This document shows positions 1 through 13,139 of a stretch of 64,000 bases of DNA, one piece after another. Source of the DNA: the human T2T-CHM13v2.0 reference genome, Homo sapiens; the NCBI RefSeq assembly GCF_009914755.1, contig NC_060938.1; one strand, 5' to 3'. The notes under the pieces were generated by a model that was not told the DNA's origin, did not search any database, and saw only the letters and a list, made by a program, of their open reading frames with translations. Positions within the stretch are counted from its first letter, which is position 1. Every line of letters starts with the position of its first letter. The position numbers and the translations under genes are program-made.

Positions 1-404
<404 letters not shown>

Positions 405-808
405 TGAGTCAGGTGAAATTTTGTAAGAAGAGAAATTGGGGGCATTGCTCTCCCAAGGAAGCCCCAGAAGTTAAAAGTAGCTGCCGTAAAGTCAAGACAG
501 TGAGACGTATCTCCTCACCTGCCGTGAACTGCCCAAAACAGATGTGAAGCCAGCCACGTGCTGAGGGATCTGCACACCCAGCTTTGCCTTGCAGTGACTG
601 CGAAGGTGCAAGATTTAAAAATCACGTCTGAGCCTCCAGCGTTCTGTGGACAGAAAGCAGGAGTGGTGCGGGCTCCCTGAGGACATAATTTCCAATATCC
701 TCTTCAGATGTAGCCCAGAGGGTGATGGAAAAGGAAGAACCTCCCAGAGGCGAGCTCGGTGATGGGCCAGTAATGGATTAGGGGCTCACACCACGGACTG
801 GAGTCAGG

Positions 809-921
809 TATGTTGATCAGCCCCCTGGGGTTTGCCTGGGACGTCGCTGGCTTCAACACTGAAAGTCCCACCTCTCAGGAAACCCACTCGTCCTGGTGAA
901 CCGGGCCGGATGGTCACCATG
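809..921. mobile_element. MER81-like hAT-Blackjack MITE
   Basis: gtttgcctgggac...cactgaaagtccc...ggaaaccc...ccgggccggatggtcacc resembles the recalled ~114-bp MER81 consensus with degenerate TIRs. Confidence 0.65.
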
Positions 922-1269
922 AGAGCCTGGTTTGGAAACATTCCCCACGCCCAGGTATGGGGCTCTCAAAAATCTCTGCCCAGCAGGAGCACAGGGCTGC
1001 CATCCACGAGCGAACACAGTGCCGCCCTTTCCCTCTCCAAAAGGGGTGCTTCTTCCGTCCATCCGGGGTCTGTCCCGCCGTGGTATTTTGTGTTGTGAGT
1101 GGAAGCTAACGTTCCCTTTTAGCTCCTGGATCGGGAGGAGATGTGTTCAGATGGGAGGCTGAGGCTGTTTCCCACATGTTCTGTGTGCAGACGTGAGGGG
1201 AGTGAACATGAATGGTGAGGTGTGTGGGCTGCTGGGTTATGGTCACCAACGTGGACTCCTCTTCTGGGA

Positions 1270-1610
1270 CTTTCCCGCCTTACTCACAGCAGTCTTAACC
1301 ACGCGACTCGCCCAGAGTGAGCAGATGTTAGCAGCAGTGGGCCGGGCTGTGTCCAGCACCAACCTGAAGAGCACCACGTGGTCCTGCCACATTCTTTCTC
1401 CCTCGGCTGCGGGAGGGCCTGGATCCCAGGAGAGAGAAGATGCATGGGGCAGACCCATAGCCACCTGCCGCCTACACGGAACACCAGCCAGAAAAAAACC
1501 TTGTGTTGAAAGAGAGATCAGAGGCATTGCTCAGTGATTCCAATCCTGAATCGCTGAGCTTCTGGGGATGTTTGTCATGGCAGCAGAATCCAGCATAGCT
1601 GACTAACACA
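1270..1610 (+). mobile_element. Old MaLR LTR (MLT1J/K-like), 3' part
   Basis: Ends ggggatgtttgtcatggcagcagaatccagcatagctgactaacaca, a typical MLT1 3' terminus. Confidence 0.55.
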
Positions 1611-1954
1611 GACCATGCCACTACCTTCTCCTGGAGACCCTCACTGACTTCAGGCTGACAAGCACAGGGGCCTCCTGCCTCCCCTTGGGCCAGTCCTGGC
1701 CTTGCAGGCACCGTCTATACCCTGACTCTGCTACCCTGCACATTATCTTATCTGCCTCCTTTTCTATCGAAATATTTTAAGCAAGGGGAGAAACGAGGGT
1801 GGAGCAGCAACCAGAGGAGACCCTTGCCCAGGGGATGCCTGCCCGGGGTCTGTCCTGGGCAGGGAGCAGCACAGCCCTGGTGGCTTGGGTAATGTGGCAG
1901 CCCCCTCCCCAGGAGTCCCTGCACTGGCCACTCCAGGCACCAGGATTCTTTTTG

Positions 1955-2380
1955 CCTTAATGAATTCCCCTCAAGTCTCCGGTTAGAAGTTTCCTGCTCC
2001 AATCTTGAATATGCATCTTTTAAAATACTCTGCAAATTTGAGGGCCTCTCATGTATCATTTCAATCCTCCAGCTATTAGAGAAATTGGGGTATCATATAG
2101 ATTACGGAAAAATTACTTTGGGCAGAGAAGGAGGTAGAAGATCAAACGCTTATCTGTACAAATAAATTCAGTGCGATCCACAATTAAGCAGCATTTGACA
2201 TTTAAAAAATATTTGATCCATGTTTTGGCTTCCAGAGCTGCTTAAGGGAGCTGCGATGTGTAAATTACATTCAAATCAGGGTTAAATATAGTTCCCAGAG
2301 AAAGATTGTATGATTTAAATTGCCTAATTATTTGGGGGAAAAATCTGTTCTCCAATAATTAAGAGAATGAGGATGTTCGA
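1955..2380. promoter_or_regulatory. AT-rich non-repetitive island, candidate enhancer/CNE
   Basis: Sharp AT shift inside GC-rich DNA; CAATTAA 2181-2187, TGACA, TGATTTAA and TAATT motifs. Confidence 0.4.
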
Positions 2381-2872
2381 CTTATTGGGGAGAGAGATCA
2401 GAAGTGGCTATTCCCTTCTGGGAGACCAGGAGATGCTGGCTTGGGGAGGGGATGGTCACCCCTCTGGGGTGGGGGCAGGCGATAGAGACCCAGCAGGCAG
2501 GCCCCAGGCAGGGGGAAGAGGCTGCCCTTATCTGGCCCCAGGCAGCCTGCTGGGGTCTGTGGCCAGGCAGGACACCCAGTGCTCAGGAACCAACCAGAAA
2601 CCAACTAGAAACTGGCAGTCTGGGTGCTGAGCCAGGGGCCCGCAGCCGCGCCAGGCAGGGAGTGGGCGCCAGCTCTCTCTGGCAGGGCTGGCCGGCATAT
2701 GGGAGCACCCAGGCTGGGGCCAGATGCCTCGGGAGGGGGATTTGGCAACACTGAGAGCCAGCAATTAGTTAATTAGCTGATATGTCTTAAAAGTCAGTGT
2801 GGGGAGGGGTGTGGATGGCAGCCTGCCTTCAGGAAAAATTCCAAACCCCAGCAGCCCCTCCCTCCAGACCCA

Positions 2873-2875
<3 letters not shown>

Positions 2876-2920
<45 letters not shown>
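2876..2920. repeat. (GT)~22 microsatellite
   Basis: Directly visible pure run. Confidence 0.97.
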
Positions 2921-2921
<1 letters not shown>

Positions 2922-3019
2922 CCCTGGCGCAGCAGACAGCACGGGCCCAGCTAGGCAGCCTCTGATCCCTGCTTGACATAAGTGCACATGAGGCGTGCAA
3001 CCTGGGCCAGCGCAGAAGG

Positions 3020-3250
3020 GCCCTGAGCCCCCGTTTCATCTGTGACATGGGACAAATTGCCACACCTTTCAGTCCGCGCTGAGGATTAAATGTCAGCATA
3101 GACGGGAGTGCAGTGGTCAGAATCTGGAGGCAGACCTGGCCCTGTGCCCTCTGCTGTGTGAACTTGGACAGGTTACCTACCTCTCTGAACCTCAGCTCTC
3201 AAGATAGTAAGAACAGTGACCTCCCAGGCTGCTTGGGGGGTTCATCGCAA
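3020..3250 (+). mobile_element. MIR fragments (two adjacent core remnants)
   Basis: tttcatctgtgacatggga...gaggattaaatg and ctgtgtgaacttggacaggttacctacctctctgaacctcag resemble the MIR core. Confidence 0.6.
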
Positions 3251-3639
3251 CCCCATTCATGAGGGAGGTTTAGCCAGGTCAGTGGTCGGGCAGGCAGCAG
3301 GCCTGGGCTCCTCACGCCGCAGATACCCACTGATGACCTGTGAGGGGCCTGGTGTCCGTCCAGGTTCCAGGACATCCACAAAGGGGTGGCGAAGGCTCCT
3401 GCTCACCTTCAAGTGTGAAATCGGGTCATTCACGAGGAAACGGGATCTTTGCAGAAAGCTGTTTGGCGCGTGATCTAGAACCACAGGTTCCGCGGGGGAG
3501 CGGGGGCCTGAGTCGGAAGAGGGGCTGCAGGCCGGGAGGCAAGGAGGAGCCATTCCCAGGGTGGGAGAAGAGGGCTCCAAGCAGAGGCTGGTGGGGGCGT
3601 TTGCTGTGTTCCCGGAACTGCGGGGGGCCGCTGGGACCT

Positions 3640-3930
3640 GGCAAATGATGGGAAGCCATGGGTGGGTTTTGAGCAGGGACCGCTGTGGTCTGATCAGATT
3701 GAAGGGAATGGCACTGGCCAGGGAGGAAGCAGGGAGCGGAGCAGTGGGCTGGGGCCAGACGAGGTGGTCGCAGTGGACAAGTGTGCACGTGTGTGTACGA
3801 GTGTGTGCGTGCAAGTGTGCATGTATGATCTGAATCAGTCTCCTGACTGCAGCCGCCCGCCACACACACCTGCCTGTAAGATAGAGAAGGCGGGTCAGTG
3901 TGGCTGCTGACTTTTGGGGATGGGGCCTAC
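3640..3930 (-). mobile_element. L2 LINE fragment
   Basis: gggaagccatgggtgggttttgagcaggga...tctgatcagattgaagggaatggcactggc resembles the L2 3' region. Confidence 0.5.
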
Positions 3931-6900
3931 GGGGCTTGTGGAGTGATTGGGTGGAGGGTGGGCGTTGGGGAAGAAGCCCAGCTGCCTCGTGCCTGCATCA
4001 CTGGCAGCAACTCAGTGCCCTGCGGGGCACAACCTGGGTGCCACTGCCCAGTGGCGGGCCCCGGGCCATGGGGAGGGTGCCCTGCAGGAAGCCCTGTACC
4101 CAGTGCTGTGATCTGTGGATGATGCACGTCCAGGCCCTGGGCCCAGCATGCAGGGCTGCCCCAGTCCAGCACACAGGCAGCTCCCGAGGGTCTGGGCCAC
4201 CTCCACTCAGCACCAGGGATGGTGTGGAGGCTGGTCCTGGGCTAGTCTTGGCTCCAGAAAGCTTCAGGGGCCTGAGGTGACCTGAGGCTGTGCTAAAATT
4301 CCTAGGCCAACCTGCCCCGCAGGGCAGAGCTGAAGGTCCTGCCTGTCCTGGATCCCAGGCCGTGGAGACGCGCGGGAAGAGAGGCTGTGGTAGGCAGAGT
4401 TCAGGTCTGGGGACACTGACCGCGGTGTCAGGTCACTTCTCTGCCGGCCTAGGCAGGAAGGGAACCCAGCAGGCAGAGCCAGCATGGGATGGCGGGGCTG
4501 GACGTCTCAGGCACGATCAGGCCCACGGGAAAGTCGGAGGTCAGGGCGCCAGGGCCTCTGGTTGGGGGCTTCAGAGGCGTTGCAGTCGACTCCTGGAGCA
4601 GAGGTGAGTAAGCCCCTGCCGCCCTCCCCCTGCTCACAGCCTGACCTTTGAGACGTTCACGCTCAGCCACGGACCCCGAGAGCCATGTAAGGGGGTCTGA
4701 AGCCTCCACCCCCACCCAGCAGAGCCACCCTCTGGCCCCAGACTGAGCCCACCCAGTGGGTTTGCCCCCAGGTCCCTGCTGCTGTTGTGTGCCCCCATGT
4801 CTTGAAGGACACAAACAGTTGAGTGGGGTGGGTCTACCTGCAATGCTCCGCTCCCTCCCATCTGTTGAGCCCCCACCCCAGCATCTGTCTGAGTGAGGAG
4901 ATCATCCCTGAGCCCCCAAGCCCTCCCTGGAGGCCCTGAAGGGACAGCAGTGCTTGGGGGGATGCAGGAAGCCTCCCTCTCCCCTCTGCTGGTGTGCACA
5001 TGGCTTGGACATCCTGCCCCTGCCCCTGGGGGAAGCGTGTGGAGCCTGCTGGTGGCTTTTGGGCGGGAGGAGTGTGAGCTTTCATTGCCCAAGAATCCAA
5101 AGGGCAGAGCATGGAGGGAGGCGTCTCACAGCGCCAGCCCTCACAGAGCCCTGTGGCCACTAAGGCCAGCGGGGGCCCTTGCCCTCTGCCTCTGCCTCAA
5201 TGCCAGCGGTCCTTGAGGCTGGTTTGGCTGCCCCTGCTCTGGTCATGGGGGCTGAGGGATGGCAGCCTGTGCTGGGGGGCCCATGCTCACGGCCTCCATG
5301 CTGTCTGCTGACCTACACTGGCAGGGCCCAGGCTTCCTGAGGACTTTAGACATCCTCTCTTGTCCCTGTCATCCATGGAGCCAGGCCTGGGTGGGGCACT
5401 TGCCTCCAAGAGACGCCCTGGAGCCTGCTCTGCAACGTGCCCATTCTGTGTCTGGGGAATGAGAAACACTGAGACCAGCTGCCTGCCTGCACGCAGCGAG
5501 GCCACTGAACGCCAAGGCCAGGCCTCCTGGGGGGCACCTGGGGTTCCTCTCTCACCTCTTCCCCAAGATGGACCATTGCCAAGGAGCTCAGGTGCTGGGG
5601 ACACTTCCTGGGGGCGATGCAATGAGGAGAGGGCCGTGTGGCTGGGCCTAGGGGACCTCCAGCTAGCCTGTCCCCGTCTTTCTCTTCTGCCCTCGGGTGG
5701 GCCAGATCTATGCCCTGAGACTCACTTTGCCCCAAAGCACCTGAAACCCCATATGCCTAAGACTCTCTGCTGGGGGAGGCCCCTTTTCTTCCCATCCCAG
5801 GGAGAAACCAGGAGCCCTGGCTGGTGCGGGTCATGTGTCCACTCTGGGATAGCCCACTCCGGCCACAGGGCAGGATGCCAAGGCCTGAGCCCCAGGACCG
5901 TGGGGCAGGAGTGGAGGCAGAGGCAGGCAGTCAGGGTGGCGTGTTGGGGTGGCTGTGTGGGGCCGTGAGCACACACACCACACGGGCTCTCCACATCACC
6001 CGAGGCATGGTGGGCATGCCTCCCTGTGCCAGCCCTGCTCCTCTATAATTCCAGGGCACACGGAGTGGCATGCCAGCATGTCCTCTGACCCTTCCTGTGT
6101 GTTCAGAACTGGCTTCACTCACTTTGGGCTTCCTGGTTCCTAGGAGAAGGTGCAGGAGGTAACTTTGGCCTCTCCACCCTCCCCAGCGCCCCTTGGCATT
6201 TGAACGTGTACGACAGAGAGAGAAAGAGAGAGAGAGAGGAGCCAGCTGGCACGGGGTCACGTCTCTCTGTCAGAGCGCAGTGAGCACTGCTGGTCTTATA
6301 AAACCTGCGATGGTAATTGAATCCGGGCAGGAGTCCTTGATGGGGGCTGTTAAACACAGGAGCAGGGCTGGGCTTGGGTTTATGGGCTCCCGGTTCCCAG
6401 CTCCTCTCCAGAAAGGCCAGGGCTGAGCTTCTGCCGGGGTCTGGACGCGATGGAGCAGGGGGATGGACGCGATGACCCCCTCCCCGAGAGCAGCCAGGGG
6501 ACTGGCCTAGGAGCCACAGTCTGTGCATTTCCACCCAGGGGCTCAGGAAGGCCCCGGGAACTGGCTCCCTCCGTGGGCGGGTGGTCACCCTTCCATCTAT
6601 GCTCCCGTGGCCTGGGTTCCGCCCTGCAGTGGATGGGGGTCGGTGCTGTGCCTGCTGCTAGGCTCCTAGAGGAGGAGACGGTGGGACACTGACCTTGTGG
6701 AACGCCAGGAAGGGAGGGAGCCCAGGATGGGCAGCTGAGGCCCCTGGGGTGGTCAGGCCAGTGCTGAGGCTGGGGGCAGAGAAACTGCTGCCCGGGAGGG
6801 CGGAGGGGGCGTGTGCAGAGCAGGCGGGAGTGTTCCCTGCTAGTCCAGAGAGGTTGACCGTTGTCCCCAGGGTGGCCTGGCACACCTGTGGCTGTGCCCA

Positions 6901-7069
6901 GGTAGGAAGGCTACTGTGCCTTCTGGGAAGGCTGCTCCTGAAAAGGACACGTCACCAGGCATCTGCCCTTCGAGGGGCCTGTGCCTTGGAACTGTGGAGC
7001 TGTGACCTCCCTGCAGAGCTGGTGGGGGTGGAAGCAGCACTGGCACACCTGGCTGGGTGAGGGGAGCCG

Positions 7070-7225
7070 GGGTGGTGAATTATTTAGAGTCGCCAAAGGT
7101 GTTGAGTTAGAAGCTAATTAAACAAGCTCTCCGCAGAGCAGCACTGTAAAAGAATCATAAAATTCCAATCTCATTTGTTCTGCTCGGCTTGCACAGGCGT
7201 AGCATCCCCATAAAAGGCAGCCAGC
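7070..7225. promoter_or_regulatory. Candidate enhancer island with posterior-HOX/CDX-type motifs
   Basis: CTAATTAA, TCATAAAA 7155-7162, CCATAAAA 7208-7215 in non-repeat sequence. Confidence 0.35.
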
Positions 7226-8894
7226 GCTGCACAGTCTGTGGGCAGCTTGCAAGTGTGCGGCCTTCAGGGGTGCTCTGCAGGGCAGTCCTGCCTGGCTGGG
7301 GCTGGGCCAGGCTGGAGAAAGCACTGGGCATGTGCTGGCAGCTGGGAGGCTGCGGCCCCCCAGGTAGCCCCCTGGTAGGGGCGGTTCTCACTCAGGGTGA
7401 AAGGGGGACCTATTGTGGAAAGGTGAGGTGGTTTCGCTAGCCAGCAGGTGGCCCAGGGCCCCTCTGTGGTGCTGCTGTCCTCCTGCCTTGGGTCTTGGAA
7501 TGAGGCCTTCTGGTGCCCAAGCTGCAGTGGGCAAAGCTGCTGCACCCTTGAGTTGTCGTGGGTGGGGGCGAGAGGCTGGGCTTGCAGAGGAAGGGGAGGG
7601 GCTTCTCCGTACTGGGCTGAGAGAGGACTCTGGGGTGGCGGTGTGGGCCGGGGCCCTGCTGGCCTCTGCGGTGCACCTGCTGTGTGCAGCTCTGCGCCAG
7701 GAGCCCAGACTGCAATGTGTGCAACTCCCACACATCTGCCATAGCTTGTCCAGCAGAGCTCAGCAGGGGGTCTGCCTCTCTGACACCTGAGGGAGGGGTG
7801 CAGGCAGGAGGGGAGGGGGCTGGTGCTTCTAAAGCCCGCCCACTCAGGCATGGGGAGGTGCCCTAGGGCTCAGGGTGAGGTGGGGGCTCAGAGCTCAGGC
7901 CTGTGTGAGGGGCTGCCTAAGCGCCAGGCTTTGCTGCGAGAGGTTCAGGTGGGTGTGTTTAGGCAAATCCCTTTAGCATCAGGGAACTTGGGCTGCGTCC
8001 TCTGCAGCAGACGCCGTATTGCCTCCTGGACCTCCCTCTACTGTGCCTCCGTTTCCTCGTTTCCACCATTGTCACGGAGGCAGCATGACTGGTGACTGCG
8101 AGGGTGCAAGGTGCTCACTGCGTGCTGGGCTCCCTCTCGGCTGGCAGAGGCTCCACATGCCCGGCAGGTTGCAGTTTGCAGACAGAGCTCACATGGTTTC
8201 CGGGACCTGTGTGTCCCCGCAGCGCTCCAGGGCGTCCACTCAGTTGAAGGATGGGATGGGACAGCTGGAGGTAAAATGGGCACCAGGGTCATTCATGCTA
8301 CAGCCGGGTCTGTCCTTCTGGGTCTCTGACCTTCCAGAAGGACAGCTCTGCCCTGTGGGCCCCTCGGCACTCGCATGAAGCCTCTGGGGCCTGGACCACT
8401 CCCGTCCTATTGAGGGAGGATGCAGGGTGGAAAGTGCTCCTCCAGCAAGGATGAAGGAAAAGCCGGTGGCCGTGATTTGCCATTGTCACTGTCACCTGGA
8501 TGTCCTGAGAACCCCCTGGGGACCAGCCTTGGAAGGCCCAGCCTTAGCCGGAGAGGCAGTGTCTGGCCGTCCTGGTAGATGGCCCAGCTCCTACCCTCAT
8601 CGGCAGTTGGGTTTCATGAGCCTGCCATGCACCGTGCGTACAGGGCAGGTCTGGTCACATCTGGAGTTTGGAGAGCCCAGCTGTGCCCCTCCTGGGTAGG
8701 ACTGGGGGTCGCCTAGGCCTCTCTAGAGCTCTGGAGGCTGAGGCAGGGCCGTGAGCAGTGGCCAGGGTCCTAGTGCTTATCTGGGATCCACAGTCCAGCT
8801 TTGAGCCCCACACACAGAGCCCAGGAGCCCAGGCTTCATCTGCAATGACAGGCAACAGGCGGACAATGTGGGCACCCGGAGCGTGGGTGTGCCT

Positions 8895-9130
8895 GCTGTG
8901 ATTTGTTATCATCTCAGCACAAAACAGGCTGATTTCTCCAGCCTGGGTGGCCTGCCGTGTGGTATGGGGCTAGGGGACGCCATCATGCGGCATGTCAGGC
9001 CTCTTTGTCTCCTGGTTGGAAGATGTTGATGGATTCTCTATTGCTTGTTTGATCAAATTGTCCAGAACACAAAGGGGGAGATTGCGGCAAAAGCCACATT
9101 TGGAAAAACAATTCCTCATCCTGACAGCAG
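8895..9130. promoter_or_regulatory. Candidate HOX-PBX-MEIS element
   Basis: TGATGGAT 9027-9034, TGACAG 9122-9127, AACAAT nearby. Confidence 0.35.
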
Positions 9131-9376
9131 TCCCTGGAGAGAGGGCTGGTCCCGCTGGGTCCCCAGCACAAAGACCACTTGGAAATCTGGCTGGCAGGCG
9201 AAACCTGTATTTAGGGCCAGAGTGGGCTCCATGGCCAGGAGCAGGACAAGGAGAGGCAGCCCACCAAGGAAGATGCCCTGAGACCCTACCCTGAGATTCA
9301 GGATTTGTTGCAAGTGTGGCCTGTCATATGGGAGTTACCTGCAAGTTCATGGGCAGAGGAATGCAGAATAAAGTGG

Positions 9377-9738
9377 TGTGATCTGCCATTCAGGCTCCTG
9401 TAGCAAAACACCCCGAGCAGGGGGCTTATACATTGAGATTGACGTCTCCCAGGTTTGGAGGCTGGAGGGGCAAGGCCCTGGCAGACGCCTTGTCCGTGAG
9501 GGCAGGCTGCTTTTGTTTTCCAGTTCACGGATGGCCGTCTTCTGGCTGTGTCCTCACATGGAGGACGGGGTGACGGAGCTCTCCAGGGTGTCTTTGTTAG
9601 GTCCTTAATCCCATTCCTGAGGGCTCCACCTCCATGACCTAATCAACTCCCAAAGGCCCTGCCTCCCAGTAGCATCACGTTGGACATGAGAACTTCAACA
9701 TGGAATTTGGGGGTGACTCAAACGTGGAGACCATAGCA
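9377..9738 (-). mobile_element. MLT1A-like MaLR solo LTR
   Basis: gtgtcctcacatgg, gagggctccacctccatgacctaatca...cccaaaggcc, acttcaacatggaatttgggg...accatagca terminus. Confidence 0.85.
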
Positions 9739-10199
9739 ACGTCTGCCCTGCAAATACTACACAGCAGATAAAAAGATGAGCTAGGTCCTCAGGGAAAGAC
9801 AGGCGATGGCCATAGCATCTGGGGCATTCTGGCCGCGGTAAGCATGGATTCAACATGCTGCTCCTTGACTCAATAGACATTGGGTCTTGTTGGTGGCACA
9901 GTTCCAGGTGGGTCTTCCTGGTTGAGGGCCCAGGGCCTTCCAGGGCTCTGCCACCCTGTTGGGTCTCACTCCTACCCGAGGAGGGTGGAGAATCCTGACG
10001 GGTGGTGGAAATGGCCACATGGAGCTGTGAGGGGTGGGGAGTGTGGCTGGGTCATGTGGACACACGCAAAGGCAGCCTGGGTGCTGCAGGCAGTCGGCCC
10101 TGTCCTCAACAGTGTGCATAACTGAGTCACTGGGGAAGAAAAGAGAAACCCCAGAGTGACATGTGCCATTCAATGCCATCTAAGGAAACACACAAAGCA

Positions 10200-10400
10200 C
10201 AGCTGCGTTCCCCCAAACACAAATGCATGAGGTGCACAGGGAATGTTCTGGAATGACACACACCAGTGGGAGAAGGGCTGTCACCCTGGGGAGGCCACTT
10301 GGACTGAGGAAGGGGAACAGGGGATTTCGGTGTCTATAAAGTTTGAATTTTTATTATACAAATTTATTCACAAATCATTTGCATAATTAAAAAACCAAAC
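10200..10400 (+). mobile_element. Old L1ME-like 3' end fragment
   Basis: cacaccag...ctgtcaccctggggagg...gtttgaattttt...taattaaaaaa resembles L1ME termini. Confidence 0.35.
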
Positions 10401-11717
10401 TTGAATACATTTTAAGAGGGTTGGTGATAAGAGGAATGAATTCACAAGTGTGGTCTTACGGGGGGCATTGGTCCAGCAGCCTGGCCATCTCCAGCTCTCC
10501 CCTTCAAGCCACCTCCCAGGCCCCCAGGGTGTCAGGGGCCCCAGGCCAGGCAGGTGACCGGAGCTTTCCAGTTCTGCCAGACTGAAGGGGTGGGCAAGGG
10601 GGAGCAGGTGCCTCTCCCATCCCATGGTCCCAGCTCTCAGGCACCATCCTCCACGGACAGCCCCTGCGACACCTCTCTGGGTGTAGTCCCGCACTGTGGA
10701 CTGATGCTGGGGCCTGGCCAGGTGCGGAACATGGGTGATGGAGCCATATTCTCCTCTCTCCCAGGATTCAAGTCTGCAAAATAGAGGGGAGACCCCTAGG
10801 AGCTTGGGGACTGCGGAGGCCCCTAGGCCCAGGTGAGTCATGCCAGGCTGCGCTCCAGAGGGCAGACAGGAGGTGATGTGGGCCTCAGGGCTCTGATGGT
10901 AGCAGCTGCTGGAGAAAGAGTGGCATCAAAGTGGAACTGGGAGAGGGCTGGGGCCAGCTGCGATGCAGGGATGGGTGAGGTGCTGGCTGGCTGGGAACCC
11001 CAGCCTGTGGGGGCTTTGGCGGTGAAGGTGTCTTCCGGTGGAAATGTCTTGGGGGAGGTGGCCTGGGGCAGCTCAGAGGCTGGCTGTGTCTTCCTGGCCC
11101 TGTCATCCTTAGCATGGGGCGTCCAGAGTTGTTGCCTTGTGGACCAAGACAGCCCACAGCCCATGGCAGCTTCCAGAGCCAGAAGAAGAGGAGTCATCTC
11201 TGAAGAGCCCTGGACTACCTCCTTGCGGATCTCATTGGCCAGAACTTTCTGGCTCTCATGCTCACCACAAGGCCAATCACTAGCAAGATAAAAAAGGAGC
11301 ACCCCGAAGGGCCGAGACCAGCTGTGCCTCCGGGCAGGGGAGGGGCTGCCCCTTCCTTACCTGAACTCAATTCATTTTATTTTTATTTTTTAACATAAAA
11401 GGCAATGGGAATTCAGTGAGTGGACAGCTAGCCACCTCTGTGGCTGCCTGCCGTGTGAGCACGGGCCATGTTCTATCTTTGATCTCCTCTGTGAAGCGGG
11501 AATAACAGCAGGGGCTAGGTTCTGACCCCTCAGACCTCACCCCTGAGCTTTCCAAGCCTGCATCCATTTGCTCTTCATCCCTACTCTCAAGACTTTCAGC
11601 ATCCCATCTGCAGATGAGGACTCAGAGGCCCCAGGTTCCGTAGCTGAGCTGAGGGGCCAGAGGTCCAGCCCAGAGGCTGTTGGCTCCGTGGAACCCCGGG
11701 AGCTCCCGGCTCCCAGT

Positions 11718-12952
11718 AGTGCATGAATGTGCATGCGTGCATGTGTGTGAATGTGTGCATGCACGTGCATGTGTGTGTGCATGCATGTGTGCATGTGTGT
11801 ATGTGCATGTGTGTGCACGTATCACGGACAAATACACATTAAAGTGTGAGTGGCACGGCCGTCCCCCCTCCGTCATTCACTCACAGCCACATATGCATAT
11901 GTGTGTGAATGTGTGCATCGTGCATGTGTGCATGTCTGAGTGTGTGCATGTCTGTGAATGTGTGTGTGCACGCATATGAGTGCATGTGTGCATATCTGTG
12001 TGTGTGCATGTCTGTGAATGTGTGCGCATGCATATATGAGTGCATGTGTGCATATCTGTGTGTGAGTGTGTAACTGTGTGCATGTCTGTGAATGTGTGTA
12101 CGCATGCATATATGAGTGCGTGTGTGCATATCTGTGTGTGTGTGCATGTCTGTGAATGTGTACATGCATGTGAGTGCATGTGTGCATATCTGTGTGTGTG
12201 CATGCATATATGAGTGCATGTGTGCATATCTGTGTGTGTGTGCATGTCTGTGAATGTGTGCGCATGCATATATGAGTGCATGTGTGCATATCTGTGTGTG
12301 TGGGCACGCCTGTGAATGTGCGTGTGCATGCATATATGAGTGCGTGTGTGCATATCTGTGCGTGAGTGTGTGCATGTCTGTGAATGTGTACATGCATGTG
12401 AGTGCATGTGTGCATATGTGTGTGTGTGGGCACGCCTGTGAATGTGCGTGTGCATGCATATATGAGTGTGTGTGCGCATATCTGTGTGTGCGTGAGTATG
12501 TGCATGTCTGTGAATGTATACATGCATATGAGTGCATGTGTGCATATCTGTGTCTGTGTGCATGTCTGTGAATGTGTACATGCATGTGAGTGCATGTGTG
12601 CATATCTGTGTGTGTGTGCGCGCATGCCTGTGAATGTGCGTGTGCATGCATATATGAGAGTGTGTGCATATCTGTGTGTGCGTGAGTGTGTGCATGTCTG
12701 TGAATGTGTACATGCATGTGAGTGCATGTGTGCATATCTGTGAGTGTGTGTGGGCATGCCTGTGAATGTGCGTGTGCATGCATATATGAGTGCATGTGTG
12801 CATATCTGTGTGCTTGAGTATGTGCATGTCTGTGAATGTATACATGCATGTGAGTGCATGTGTGCATATCTGTGTGAGTGTGTGTGGGCATGCCTGTGAA
12901 TGTGCGTGTGCATGCATATATGAGTGTGTGTGTGCATATGCATGCACATGTA
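11718..12952. repeat. Complex TG/CATG-rich minisatellite with ~50-65-bp units, interrupted by a unique spacer at ~11820-11890
   Basis: Recurrent tgcatgtctgtgaatgtg...gagtgcatgtgtgcatatctgtg units. Confidence 0.95.
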
Positions 12953-13139
12953 TGATGAGCCCAGCTACCAAGGCACCTGCTAAGCACAGCACCCGCACCC
13001 TGGAAACCCTCCCACATGCCATCAGTGAGGGTCATGAGTCAGCAGATATGATGTGCCTGACGTCAGTGCTCCTAAGAGAAGCCTAAACAATTTTCATAGG
13101 AAATGCACCTAGGGACTGCATTGTATAAATGCAACACTA

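Noticed and set aside
4560-4612. Strong splice donor AG|GTGAGT as an exon end
   Set aside because: No convincing acceptor or coding frame; such motifs occur often by chance, though a lncRNA exon cannot be excluded
11873-13035. Three 358-384-aa His/Thr-rich ORFs
   Set aside because: All three minus-strand frames are open across a CA-rich minisatellite, which is an artefact
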